Assembly (NCBI GenBank): GCA_964016885.1
Contig: OZ024744.1
Coordinates: 119,474,001-119,538,000 of the forward strand
Length of the DNA stretch: 64,000 nt
Direction: 5' to 3'
From: Eledone cirrhosa
Taxonomy: Eukaryota
Shown here in pieces: positions 50,301 through 61,563 of the stretch; position 1 is the first letter of the stretch, and each line of letters starts with the position of its first letter. Made by a program: the position numbers and the translations under genes. The notes below the pieces were generated by a model. It did no database searches, was not told the DNA's origin, and saw only the letters and a program-made list of their open reading frames with translations.

Positions 50301-53300
50301 GACTCCCTTGACCTAACACTCTAGATGTTAGTGTTGAGCTTGGTAGTGAGGTGACTAGGGTAGCCATGTGGGAGACCCCTTGACCTAACACTATAGATGT
50401 TAGTGCTGAGCTTGGTAGTGAGGTGACTAGGGTAGCCATGTGGGAGACCCCTTGACCTAACACTATAGATGTTAGTGTTGAGCTTGGTAGTGAGGTGACT
50501 AGGGTAGCCATGTGGGAGAACCCCTTGACCTAACACTAGTGATGTTAGTGTTGAGCTTGGTAGTGGGGTGACTAGGGTAGCCATGTGGGAGAACCCCTTG
50601 ACCTAACACTATAGATGTTAGTGTTGAGCTTGGTAGTGAGGTGACTAGGGTAGCCATGTGGGAGACTCCCTTGACCTAACACTATAGATGTTAGTGCTGA
50701 GCTTGGTAGTGGGGTGACTATGGTAGCCATGTGGGAGACTCCCTTGACCTAACACTATAGATGTTAGTGCTGAGCTTGGTAGTGAGGTGACTAGAGTGGC
50801 CATGTGGGAGAACACCTTGACCTAACACTATAGATGTTAGTGCTGAGCTTGGTAGTGAGGTGACTAGGGTAGCCATGTGGGAGACCTTGACCTAACACTA
50901 TAGATGTTAGTGCTGAGCTTGGTAGTGAGGTGACTAGAGTAGCCATGTGGGAGACTCCCTTGACCTAACACTCTAGATGTTAGTGCTGAGCTTGGTAGTG
51001 AGGTGACTAGAGTGGCCATGTGGGAGACTCCCTTGACCTAACACTCTAGATGTTAGTGCTGAGCTTGGTAGTGAGGTGACTAGAGTAGCCATGTGGGAGA
51101 CTCCCTTGACCTAACACTCTAGATGTTAGTGCTGAGCTTGGTAGTGAGGTGACTAGAGTAGCCATGTGGGAGACCTTGACCTAACACTATAGATGTTAGT
51201 GCTGAGCTTGGTAGTGAGGTGACTAGAGTGGCCATGTGGGAGACCTTGACCTAACACTATAGATGTTAGTGTTGAGCTTGGTAGTGAGGTGACTAGAGTA
51301 GCCATGTGGGAGACCCCCTTGACCTAACACTATAGATGTTAGTGCTGAGCTTGGTAGTGGGGTGACTAGGGTAGCCATGTGGGAGACTCCCTTGACCTAA
51401 CACTATAGATGTTAGTGTTGAGCTTGGTAGTGAGGTGACTAGAGTAGCCATGTGGGAGACCCCTTGACCTAACACTATAGATGTTAGTGCTGAGCTTGGT
51501 AGTGGGGTGACTAGAGTGGCCATGTGGGAGACCCCTTGACCTAACACTATAGATGTTAGTGCTGAGCTTGGTAGTGGGGTGACTAGGGTAGCCATGTGGG
51601 AGACTCCCTTGACCTAACACTATAGATGTTAGTGCTGAGCTTGGTAGTGAGGTGACTAGAGTGGCCATGTGGGAGACCCCTTGACCTAACACTATAGATG
51701 TTAGTGTTGAGCTTGGTAGTGAGGTGACTAGGGTAGCCATGTGGGAGACTCCCTTGACCTAACACTATAGATGTTAGTGCTGAGCTTGGTAGTGAGGTGA
51801 CTAGAGTAGCCATGTGGGAGAACCCCTTGACCTAACACTATAGATGTTAGTGCTGAGCTTGGTAGTGGGGTGACTAGGGTAGCCATGTGGGAGACCTTGA
51901 CCTAACACTATAGATGTTAGTGTTGAGCTTGGTAGTGAGGTGACTAGAGTGGCCATGTGGGAGAACCCCTTGACCTAACACTATAGATGTTAGTGCTGTG
52001 ATTGGTAGTGAGGTGACTAGGGTAGCCATGTGGGAGACTCCCTTGACCTAACACTATAGATGTTAGTGTTGAGCTTGGTAGTGGGGTGACTAGAGTAGCC
52101 ATGTGGGAGACCCCTTGACCTAACACTATAGATGTTAGTGCTGAGCTTGGTAGTGGGGTGACTAGGGTAGCCATGTGGGAGACCCCTTGACCTAACACTA
52201 TAGATGTTAGTGTTGAGCTTGGTAGTGGGGTGACTAGAGTAGCCATGTGGGAGACCTTGACCTAACACTATAGATGTTAGTGCTGAGCTTGGTAGTGAGG
52301 TGACTAGGGTAGCCATGTGGGAGACCTTGACCTAACACTATAGATGTTAGTGTTGAGCTTGGTAGTGGGGTGACTAGGGTAGCCATGTGGGAGACTCCCT
52401 TGACCTAACACTATAGATGTTAGTGTTGAGCTTGGTAGTGAGGTGACTAGAGTAGCCATGTGGGAGACTCCTTGACCTAACACTATAGATGTTAGTGCTG
52501 AGCTTGGTAGTGAGGTGACTAGGGTAGCCATGTGGGAGACTCCTTGACCTAACACTATAGATGTTAGTGCTGAGCTTGGTAGTGAGGTGACTAGGGTAGC
52601 CATGTGGGAGACTCCTTGACCTAACACTATAGATGTTAGTGCTGAGCTTGGTAGTGAGGTGACTAGGGTAGCCATGTGGGAGACTCCTTGACCTAACACT
52701 ATAGATGTTAGTGCTGAGCTTGGTAGTGAGGTGACTAGGGTAGCCATGTGGGAGACCCCTTGACCTAACACTATAGATGTTAGTGCTGAGCTTGGTAGTG
52801 GGGTGACTAGGGTAGCCATGTGGGAGACTCCCTTGACCTAACACTAGTGATGTTAGTGCTGAGCTTGGTAGTGGGGTGACTAGGGTAGCCATGTGGGAGA
52901 CCCCTTGACCTAACACTATAGATGTTAGTGCTGAGCTTGGTAGTGAGGTGACTAGGGTAGCCATGTGGGAGACCTTGACCTAACACTATAGATGTTAGTG
53001 TTGAGCTTGGTAGTGGGGTGACTAGGGTAGCCATGTGGGAGACTCCCTTGACCTAACACTATAGATGTTAGTGTTGAGCTTGGTAGTGAGGTGACTAGGG
53101 TAGCCATGTGGGAGACCATGACCTAACACTATAGATGTTAGTGCTGAGCTTAGTAGTGAGGTGACTAGGGTAGCCATGTAGGAGACCATGACCTAACACT
53201 ATAGATGTTAGTGTTGAGCTTGGTAGTGGGGTGACTAGGGTAGCCATGTGGGAGACTCCCTTGACCTAACACTATAGATGTTAGTGCTGAGCTTGGTAGT

Positions 53301-56300
53301 GAGGTGACTAGAGTGGCCATGTGGGAGACCCCTTGACCTAACACTATAGATGTTAGTGTTGAGCTTGGTAGTGAGGTGACTAGGGTAGCCATGTGGGAGA
53401 CTCCCTTGATCTAACACTATAGATGTTAGTGCTGAGCTTAGTAGTGAGGTGACTAGGGTAGCCATGTGGGAGACCCCTTGACCTAACACTATAGATGTTA
53501 GTGCTGAGCTTAGTAGTGAGGTGACTAGGGTAGCCATGTGGGAGACCCCTTGACCTAACACTATAGATGTTAGTGCTGAGCTTGGTAGTGGGGTGACTAG
53601 GGTAGCCATGTGGGAGACCCCTTGACCTAACACTATAGATGTTAGTGTTGAGCTTGGTAGTGGGGTGACTAGAGTAGCCATGTGGGAGACTCCCTTGACC
53701 TAACACTATAGATGTTAGTGTTGAGCTTGGTAGTGAGGTGACTAGGGTAGCCATGTGGGAGACCTTGACCTTACACTATAGATGTTAGTGTTGAGCTTGG
53801 TAGTGGGGTGACTAGGGTAGCCATGTGGGAGACTCCCTTGACCTAACACTATAGATGTTAGTGTTGAGCTTGGTAGTGAGGTGACTAGGGTAGCCATGTG
53901 GGAGACCCCTTGACCTAACACTATAGATGTTAGTGTTGAGCTTGGTAGTGGGGTGACTAGGGTAGCCATGTGGGAGACCTTGACCTAACACTATAGATGT
54001 TAGTGTTGAGCTTGGTAGTGGGGTGACTAGGGTAGCCATGTGGGAGACCTTGACCTAACACTATAGATGTTAGTGCTGTGATTGGTAGTGAGGTGACTAG
54101 AGTAGCCATGTGGGAGAACCCCTTGACCTAACACTATAGATGTTAGTGCTGAGCTTGGTAGTGGGGTGACTAGGGTAGCCATGTGGGAGACCCCTTGACC
54201 TAACACTATAGATGTTAGTGCTGAGCTTGGTAGTGAGGTGACTAGAGTAGCCATGTGGGAGAACCCCTTGACCTAACACTATAGATGTTAGTGCTGAGCT
54301 TGGTAGTGAGGTGACTAGGGTAGCCATGTAGGAGAACCCCTTGACCTAACACTATAGATGTTAGTGCTGAGCTTGGTAGTGGGGTGACTAGAGTAGCCAT
54401 GTGGGAGAACCCCTTGACCTAACACTATAGATGTTAGTGCTGAGCTTGGTAGTGAGGTGACTAGGGTAGCCATGTGGGAGACTCCCTTGACCTAACACTA
54501 TAGATGTTAGTGCTGAGCTTGGTAGTGGGGTGACTAGAGTAGCCATGTGGGAGAACCCCTTGACCTAACACTATAGATGTTAGTGCTGAGCTTGGTAGTG
54601 GGGTGACTAGAGTAGCCATGTGGGAGAACCCCTTGACCTAACACTAGTGATGTTAGTGCTGAGCTTGGTAGTGGGGTGACTAGGGTAGCCATGTGGGAGA
54701 CCCCTTGACCTAACACTATAGATGTTAGTGCTGAGCTTGGTAGTGGGGTGACTAGGGTAGCCATGTGGGAGACTCCCTTGACCTAACACTCTAGATGTTA
54801 GTGTTGAGCTTGGTAGTGAGGTGACTAGGGTAGCCATGTGGGAGACCCCTTGACCTAACACTATAGATGTTAGTGCTGAGCTTGGTAGTGAGGTGACTAG
54901 GGTAGCCATGTGGGAGACCCCTTGACCTAACACTATAGATGTTAGTGTTGAGCTTGGTAGTGAGGTGACTAGGGTAGCCATGTGGGAGAACCCCTTGACC
55001 TAACACTAGTGATGTTAGTGTTGAGCTTGGTAGTGGGGTGACTAGGGTAGCCATGTGGGAGAACCCCTTGACCTAACACTATAGATGTTAGTGTTGAGCT
55101 TGGTAGTGAGGTGACTAGGGTAGCCATGTGGGAGACTCCCTTGACCTAACACTATAGATGTTAGTGCTGAGCTTGGTAGTGGGGTGACTATGGTAGCCAT
55201 GTGGGAGACTCCCTTGACCTAACACTATAGATGTTAGTGCTGAGCTTGGTAGTGAGGTGACTAGAGTGGCCATGTGGGAGAACACCTTGACCTAACACTA
55301 TAGATGTTAGTGCTGAGCTTGGTAGTGAGGTGACTAGGGTAGCCATGTGGGAGACCTTGACCTAACACTATAGATGTTAGTGCTGAGCTTGGTAGTGAGG
55401 TGACTAGAGTAGCCATGTGGGAGACTCCCTTGACCTAACACTCTAGATGTTAGTGCTGAGCTTGGTAGTGAGGTGACTAGAGTGGCCATGTGGGAGACTC
55501 CCTTGACCTAACACTCTAGATGTTAGTGCTGAGCTTGGTAGTGAGGTGACTAGAGTAGCCATGTGGGAGACTCCCTTGACCTAACACTCTAGATGTTAGT
55601 GCTGAGCTTGGTAGTGAGGTGACTAGAGTAGCCATGTGGGAGACCTTGACCTAACACTATAGATGTTAGTGCTGAGCTTGGTAGTGAGGTGACTAGAGTG
55701 GCCATGTGGGAGACCTTGACCTAACACTATAGATGTTAGTGTTGAGCTTGGTAGTGAGGTGACTAGAGTAGCCATGTGGGAGACCCCCTTGACCTAACAC
55801 TATAGATGTTAGTGCTGAGCTTGGTAGTGGGGTGACTAGGGTAGCCATGTGGGAGACTCCCTTGACCTAACACTATAGATGTTAGTGTTGAGCTTGGTAG
55901 TGAGGTGACTAGAGTAGCCATGTGGGAGACCCCTTGACCTAACACTATAGATGTTAGTGCTGAGCTTGGTAGTGGGGTGACTAGAGTGGCCATGTGGGAG
56001 ACCCCTTGACCTAACACTATAGATGTTAGTGCTGAGCTTGGTAGTGGGGTGACTAGGGTAGCCATGTGGGAGACTCCCTTGACCTAACACTATAGATGTT
56101 AGTGCTGAGCTTGGTAGTGAGGTGACTAGAGTGGCCATGTGGGAGACCCCTTGACCTAACACTATAGATGTTAGTGTTGAGCTTGGTAGTGAGGTGACTA
56201 GGGTAGCCATGTGGGAGACTCCCTTGACCTAACACTATAGATGTTAGTGCTGAGCTTGGTAGTGAGGTGACTAGAGTAGCCATGTGGGAGAACCCCTTGA

Positions 56301-57742
56301 CCTAACACTATAGATGTTAGTGCTGAGCTTGGTAGTGGGGTGACTAGGGTAGCCATGTGGGAGACCTTGACCTAACACTATAGATGTTAGTGTTGAGCTT
56401 GGTAGTGAGGTGACTAGAGTGGCCATGTGGGAGAACCCCTTGACCTAACACTATAGATGTTAGTGCTGTGATTGGTAGTGAGGTGACTAGGGTAGCCATG
56501 TGGGAGACTCCCTTGACCTAACACTATAGATGTTAGTGTTGAGCTTGGTAGTGGGGTGACTAGAGTAGCCATGTGGGAGACCCCTTGACCTAACACTATA
56601 GATGTTAGTGCTGAGCTTGGTAGTGGGGTGACTAGGGTAGCCATGTGGGAGACCCCTTGACCTAACACTATAGATGTTAGTGTTGAGCTTGGTAGTGGGG
56701 TGACTAGAGTAGCCATGTGGGAGACCTTGACCTAACACTATAGATGTTAGTGCTGAGCTTGGTAGTGAGGTGACTAGGGTAGCCATGTGGGAGACCTTGA
56801 CCTAACACTATAGATGTTAGTGTTGAGCTTGGTAGTGGGGTGACTAGGGTAGCCATGTGGGAGACTCCCTTGACCTAACACTATAGATGTTAGTGTTGAG
56901 CTTGGTAGTGAGGTGACTAGAGTAGCCATGTGGGAGACTCCTTGACCTAACACTATAGATGTTAGTGCTGAGCTTGGTAGTGAGGTGACTAGGGTAGCCA
57001 TGTGGGAGACTCCTTGACCTAACACTATAGATGTTAGTGCTGAGCTTGGTAGTGAGGTGACTAGGGTAGCCATGTGGGAGACTCCTTGACCTAACACTAT
57101 AGATGTTAGTGCTGAGCTTGGTAGTGAGGTGACTAGGGTAGCCATGTGGGAGACTCCTTGACCTAACACTATAGATGTTAGTGCTGAGCTTGGTAGTGAG
57201 GTGACTAGGGTAGCCATGTGGGAGACCCCTTGACCTAACACTATAGATGTTAGTGCTGAGCTTGGTAGTGGGGTGACTAGGGTAGCCATGTGGGAGACTC
57301 CCTTGACCTAACACTAGTGATGTTAGTGCTGAGCTTGGTAGTGGGGTGACTAGGGTAGCCATGTGGGAGACCCCTTGACCTAACACTATAGATGTTAGTG
57401 CTGAGCTTGGTAGTGAGGTGACTAGGGTAGCCATGTGGGAGACTCCCTTGACCTAACACTAGTGATGTTAGTGCTGAGCTTGGTAGTGGGGTGACTAGGG
57501 TAGCCATGTGGGAGACCCCTTGACCTAACACTATAGATGTTAGTGCTGAGCTTGGTAGTGGGGTGACTAGGGTAGCCATGTGGGAGAACCCCTTGACCAT
57601 CACACAAACTTTTTCCTATTCAGGAAACTAAATACTGTCTAGTTGCTCATCTAAGGGCTGCCACACTCAATGTTGGCACCTGAAAAGTAGATCAGGTGAA
57701 ATTGTGGAACTGTTAGAAGTGAATGTATGCAGTGTAAAAGAT
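38340..57742 (+). mobile_element. 5' portion of an RTE-like LINE (family-B-like head, UTR, start of APE endonuclease) expanded by the giant satellite
   Basis: Head 38340-38430 (GTAGGGCATCCAGACTGTAAAAC); after the array, 57650-57742 reads LRAATLNVGT/KSRSGEIVELLEVNVC, the RTE APE N-terminus. Confidence 0.55.
38479..57598. repeat. Giant satellite array, 70/72/73-bp monomers, about 265 copies (19.1 kb)
   Basis: Unit TAACACTATAGATGTTAGTG(C/T)TGAGCTTGGTAGTG(A/G)GGTGACTAG(A/G)GTAGCCATGTGGGAGAC(TC)CCTTGACC, uninterrupted. Confidence 0.98.
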
Positions 57743-58760
57743 CAGGTACACTATAACATAGAGGGACTTAGGTCACCTGTATACAGGTACACTATAACAT
57801 ACAGTGACCTAGGTCACCTGTATAGAGGGACCTAGGTCACCTGTATACAGGTACACTATAACATAGAGGGACCTAGGTCACCTGTATACAGGTATACTAT
57901 AACATAGAGACTGCAAAGGACCCTTACCTTCTGATTAAATTTCTCACTGAACTCATTCTTGACCCTCACATTGCTGACTGCACCTCGGCCTACCTGGTGT
58001 AGGACCATCCAGGAGGGGACTGAGACTTTTGAATCCAACCACTGACGTGCTGCAAGGAAGGCCCAGCCACAACCACCACAAACACTCCCCTGGGTCTCAT
58101 AACTCTTCAGGGGTTGACTCAACCTCCACACCACCACTGGGGGATGGAAAAGGAATAAGTATAGAGGATGATGATCCCAGTGCTCAGACAACATGGTTTG
58201 TACAGTACTTACAAATAGTTTGTCTACCCCTAACTTACTCAGTGGAAGCACATAGATGTTATTGTCACCATTCTATTCCCTACAGCTATTCTAAGCTATT
58301 CTGTCACTCTAACTACTTCCTCTCTACTTATTCCTTTTCCATCCCCCAGTGGTGGTGTGGAGGTTGAGTCAACCCCTGAAGAGTTATGAGACCCAGGGGA
58401 GTGTTTGTGGTGGTTGTGGCTGGGCCTTCCTTGCAGCATGTCAGTGGTTGGATTCAAAAGTCTCAGTCCCCTCCTGGATGGTCCTACACCAGGTAGGCCG
58501 AGGTGCAGTCAGCAATGTGAGGGTCAAGAATGAGTTCAGTGAGAAATTTACAGAAGGTAAGGGTCCTTTGCAGTCTCTGTTATAGTATACCTGTATACAG
58601 GTGACCTAGGTCCCTCTATGTTATAGTGTACCTGTATACAGGTGACCTAGGTCCCTCTATGTTATAGTGTACCTGTATACAGGTGACCTAGGTCCCTCTA
58701 TGTTATAGTTTACCTGTATACAGGTGACCTAGGTCCCTCTATGTTATAGTATACCTGTAT
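57743..58760. repeat. Long inverted repeat (arms 57743-58168 and 58317-~58760, spacer about 148 bp)
   Basis: ORFs 57856-58251(-) and 58349-58585(+) encode almost the same peptide; the arms are near-exact reverse complements. Confidence 0.93.
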
Positions 58761-59480
58761 ACAGGTGACCTAGGTCACTGTATGTTATAGTGTACCTGTA
58801 TACAGATGACCTAGGTCACTGTATGTTATAGTGTACCTGTATACAGATGACCTAGGTCTCTGTATGTTATAGTGTACCTGTATACAGATCACCTAGATCA
58901 CTGTATGTTATAGTGTACCTGTATACAGATGACCTAGGTCACTGTATGTTATAGTGTACCTGTATACAGATGACCTAGGTCACTGTATGTTATAGTGTAC
59001 CTGTATACAGATGACCTAGGTCCCTCTATGTTATAGTATACCTGTATACAGATGACCTAGGTCACTGTATGTTATAGTGTACCTGTATACAGATGACCTA
59101 GGTCCCTCTATGTTATAGTATACCTGTATACAGATGACCTAGGTCACTGTATGTTATAGTGTACCTGTATACAGGTGACCTAGGTCCCTCTATGTTATAG
59201 TGTACCTGTATACAGATGACCTAGGTCACTGTATGTTATAGTGTACCTGTATACAGGTGACCTAGGTCACTGTATGTTATAGTGTACCTGTATACAGGTG
59301 ACCTAGGTCCCTCTATGTTATAGTGTACCTGTATACAGGTGACCTAGGTCCCTCTATGTTATAGTGTACCTGTATACAGATGACCTAGGTCATTGTATGT
59401 TATAGTGTACCTGTATACAGGTGACCTAGGTCCCTCTATGTTATAGTGTACCTGTATACAGGTGACCTAGATTACTGTAT
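58579..59480. repeat. 41-bp palindrome-rich minisatellite, about 22 copies
   Basis: Unit GTTATAGTGTACCTGTATACAG(G/A)TGACCTAGGTC(CCTC/ACTG)TAT; period checked 58620 to 58661. Confidence 0.95.
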
Positions 59481-60775
59481 AATAATAATAATAATGAAAT
59501 ATTGTGTACAGTGCTCAGGTGCACTACAACTCATCAAAAAGTGTATGTATAGTACATAGGGTAATGTACAAACGTCAGGAAAATGAACAGTGCATGAGTC
59601 ATGATACACACATGTGTGCATGTGTATGGAAGGGGTACATTTTGGCGTATTTTGGGAAGCATGAGTGTTTTAAAAGATGCAGTCTCTCGGCAGCTAACAA
59701 CTAACGCAGGCAGTTTGTTCCATGCTACAGCAACTCTGAGTGTGAAAAAATGCTTACGAAAGTCATGGGAGCTGTGCTGTTTTCTGATTTTGTAGGCATG
59801 TCCACGTGTGTTAGACACATGGAGATCAAAAAGGCGCTCAGGGTTGTTGTTGGCGAGATGGTTAATAACTTTGTGGGTGTTTACCAAGTCCATTGTCAGA
59901 CGTCGGAGCTTCAATGAATCCATCCTCAGGGAAGCAAGGCATTCAGAGTATGGTACGTGTCTGATGGAGGGTATGCGCTTGTTTGCACGTCTCTGAACAG
60001 TTTCCAGGAGGTCAATGTTCTGAGCAAGATAGGGGTTCCAGACTGATGATGCGAATTCCAAGTGTGGTCGTACCATAGCTGTATACAGTTTTAAATAGAT
60101 GGCTGGAGAGCGGCTAACAAAGGTCTTGCTGAATGATGCCAAGACACTCTCGGCTTCCTTGACACTCTTAGAGACATGCTTTGTCCAACGCAAATCGCTG
60201 CTGACAGTAATGCCCAGGTCACGTTCACAAGAGGACTTCTTGATATCAGTGTTGTGGAGGGAGTATGTGGACGCTGGATTTTTCCTCCCAAAATTCATGG
60301 TGGTACACTTGTCCACAGCCAGCTTCAGTTGCCAGTCTGTGATCCATTGCTGCATTGTGTCCAGGTCTGATTGTAGGAAAGAGTTGTAGATTTCAGGATC
60401 AGTCCTTTTGATTTCAAGGTACAGCTTGATGTCATCTGCATATTTCAGTACTGTGGCATTCTGTAAGTTGGCATCTATGTCATTAATATATGCCACAAAC
60501 AAAAGGGGACCAAGAACAGATCCCTGTGGTACACCAGATGACATCTCATATGGTGAAGAATGCTGTCCTGGAACCGTGACTACCTCTTTTTGGCTGAGAA
60601 TGAAGGATTTCAACCAGTCGAAAAGATCATCCCTCACACCCATTGCAGAGAGTTTTACCATAAGTCTTTTGTGTGGCACAGAATTAAAAGCCTTAGCAAA
60701 GTCAAGGTAAACAACATCCACCCATGAGCCACTGTCAGTGATCCGGGTAATGTCTTCAAGGAACTCGATAAGCTG
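59481..60775 (-). mobile_element. 5'-truncated CR1-clade LINE with an uninterrupted RT-to-C-terminus frame
   Basis: DVVYLDFAKAFNSVPH, SGVPQGSVLGPLLF, KYADDIKLY, ERDLGI, VRPHLEFASSVWNP, NTRGH, FFTLRV..WNKLP; (ATT)n tail at 59481-59496. Confidence 0.93.
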
Positions 60776-61003
60776 AGTACCTGTATACAAATGACCTAGG
60801 TCACTCTATGTTATAGTGCACCTGTATACAGGTGACCTAGGTCACTATATTATAGTGTACCTGTATACAGATGACCTAGGTCACTCTATGTTATAGTGTA
60901 CCTGTATACAGGTGACCTAGGTCACTATATTATAGTGTACCTGTATACAGATGACCTAGGTCACTCTATGTTATAGTGTACCTGTATACAGATGACCTAG
61001 GTG
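60776..61003. repeat. Continuation of the 41-bp array (about 5.5 units, some 39 bp)
   Basis: Same unit and orientation as 58579-59480. Confidence 0.93.
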
Positions 61004-61563
61004 GCATTGCTAGATGTCTAGAAGAGTTAGAAAGAACATGGAGGCAAAATTTGGAGTGCAATATCATCTATGTGAAGTTTTGTGTTGTTATGAAAGAGGA
61101 TGATAAACACGAGAAATACAATAATTTGGGTTAGATATATAGAACTTTAGTCCATTTCAGTAAAACAGGAAAAACTTTGAATCATAAAAAGTATATAGAC
61201 AGTAGCACTCGCAAATACATGCAGTGTTTGAAAAATCATTTGTGTTTTGTTGGGGAATCTTTGTTTACATGAAAAGAAAGATGACTGATGGTTGAAGAGC
61301 CAATGGAAGAATTGTTGGTTCCTTGTCAATGGGGCCGGAATTTATTTTTTGCTAAGTGATACATTTACTAGTAATTCTTCTCTTCTGAGTTACCACAGTC
61401 AACTGAAACAATGGAGGAACTTATCTTGTCTTCACCTCAAGCTGACCAGCCACGCCAGGCAAAATGACACCAATTCAGATGCAGAGATTTTGCAGCCAGA
61501 TGGCATTTGGAGGTCAGTGTGTCTGCAAAGAGATTTTGCAACACATGAAGAAAAATTAGCTTT

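Noticed and set aside
38479-57598. CRISPR-like array
   Set aside because: No unique spacers (monomers are contiguous near-identical copies), no cas genes, eukaryotic context.
38431-57607. Over 100 minus-strand ORFs (MATLVTSLPSS.. / HGYPSH..)
   Set aside because: Translations of the satellite; 70/73-bp monomers shift frame constantly, so there is no coding constraint.
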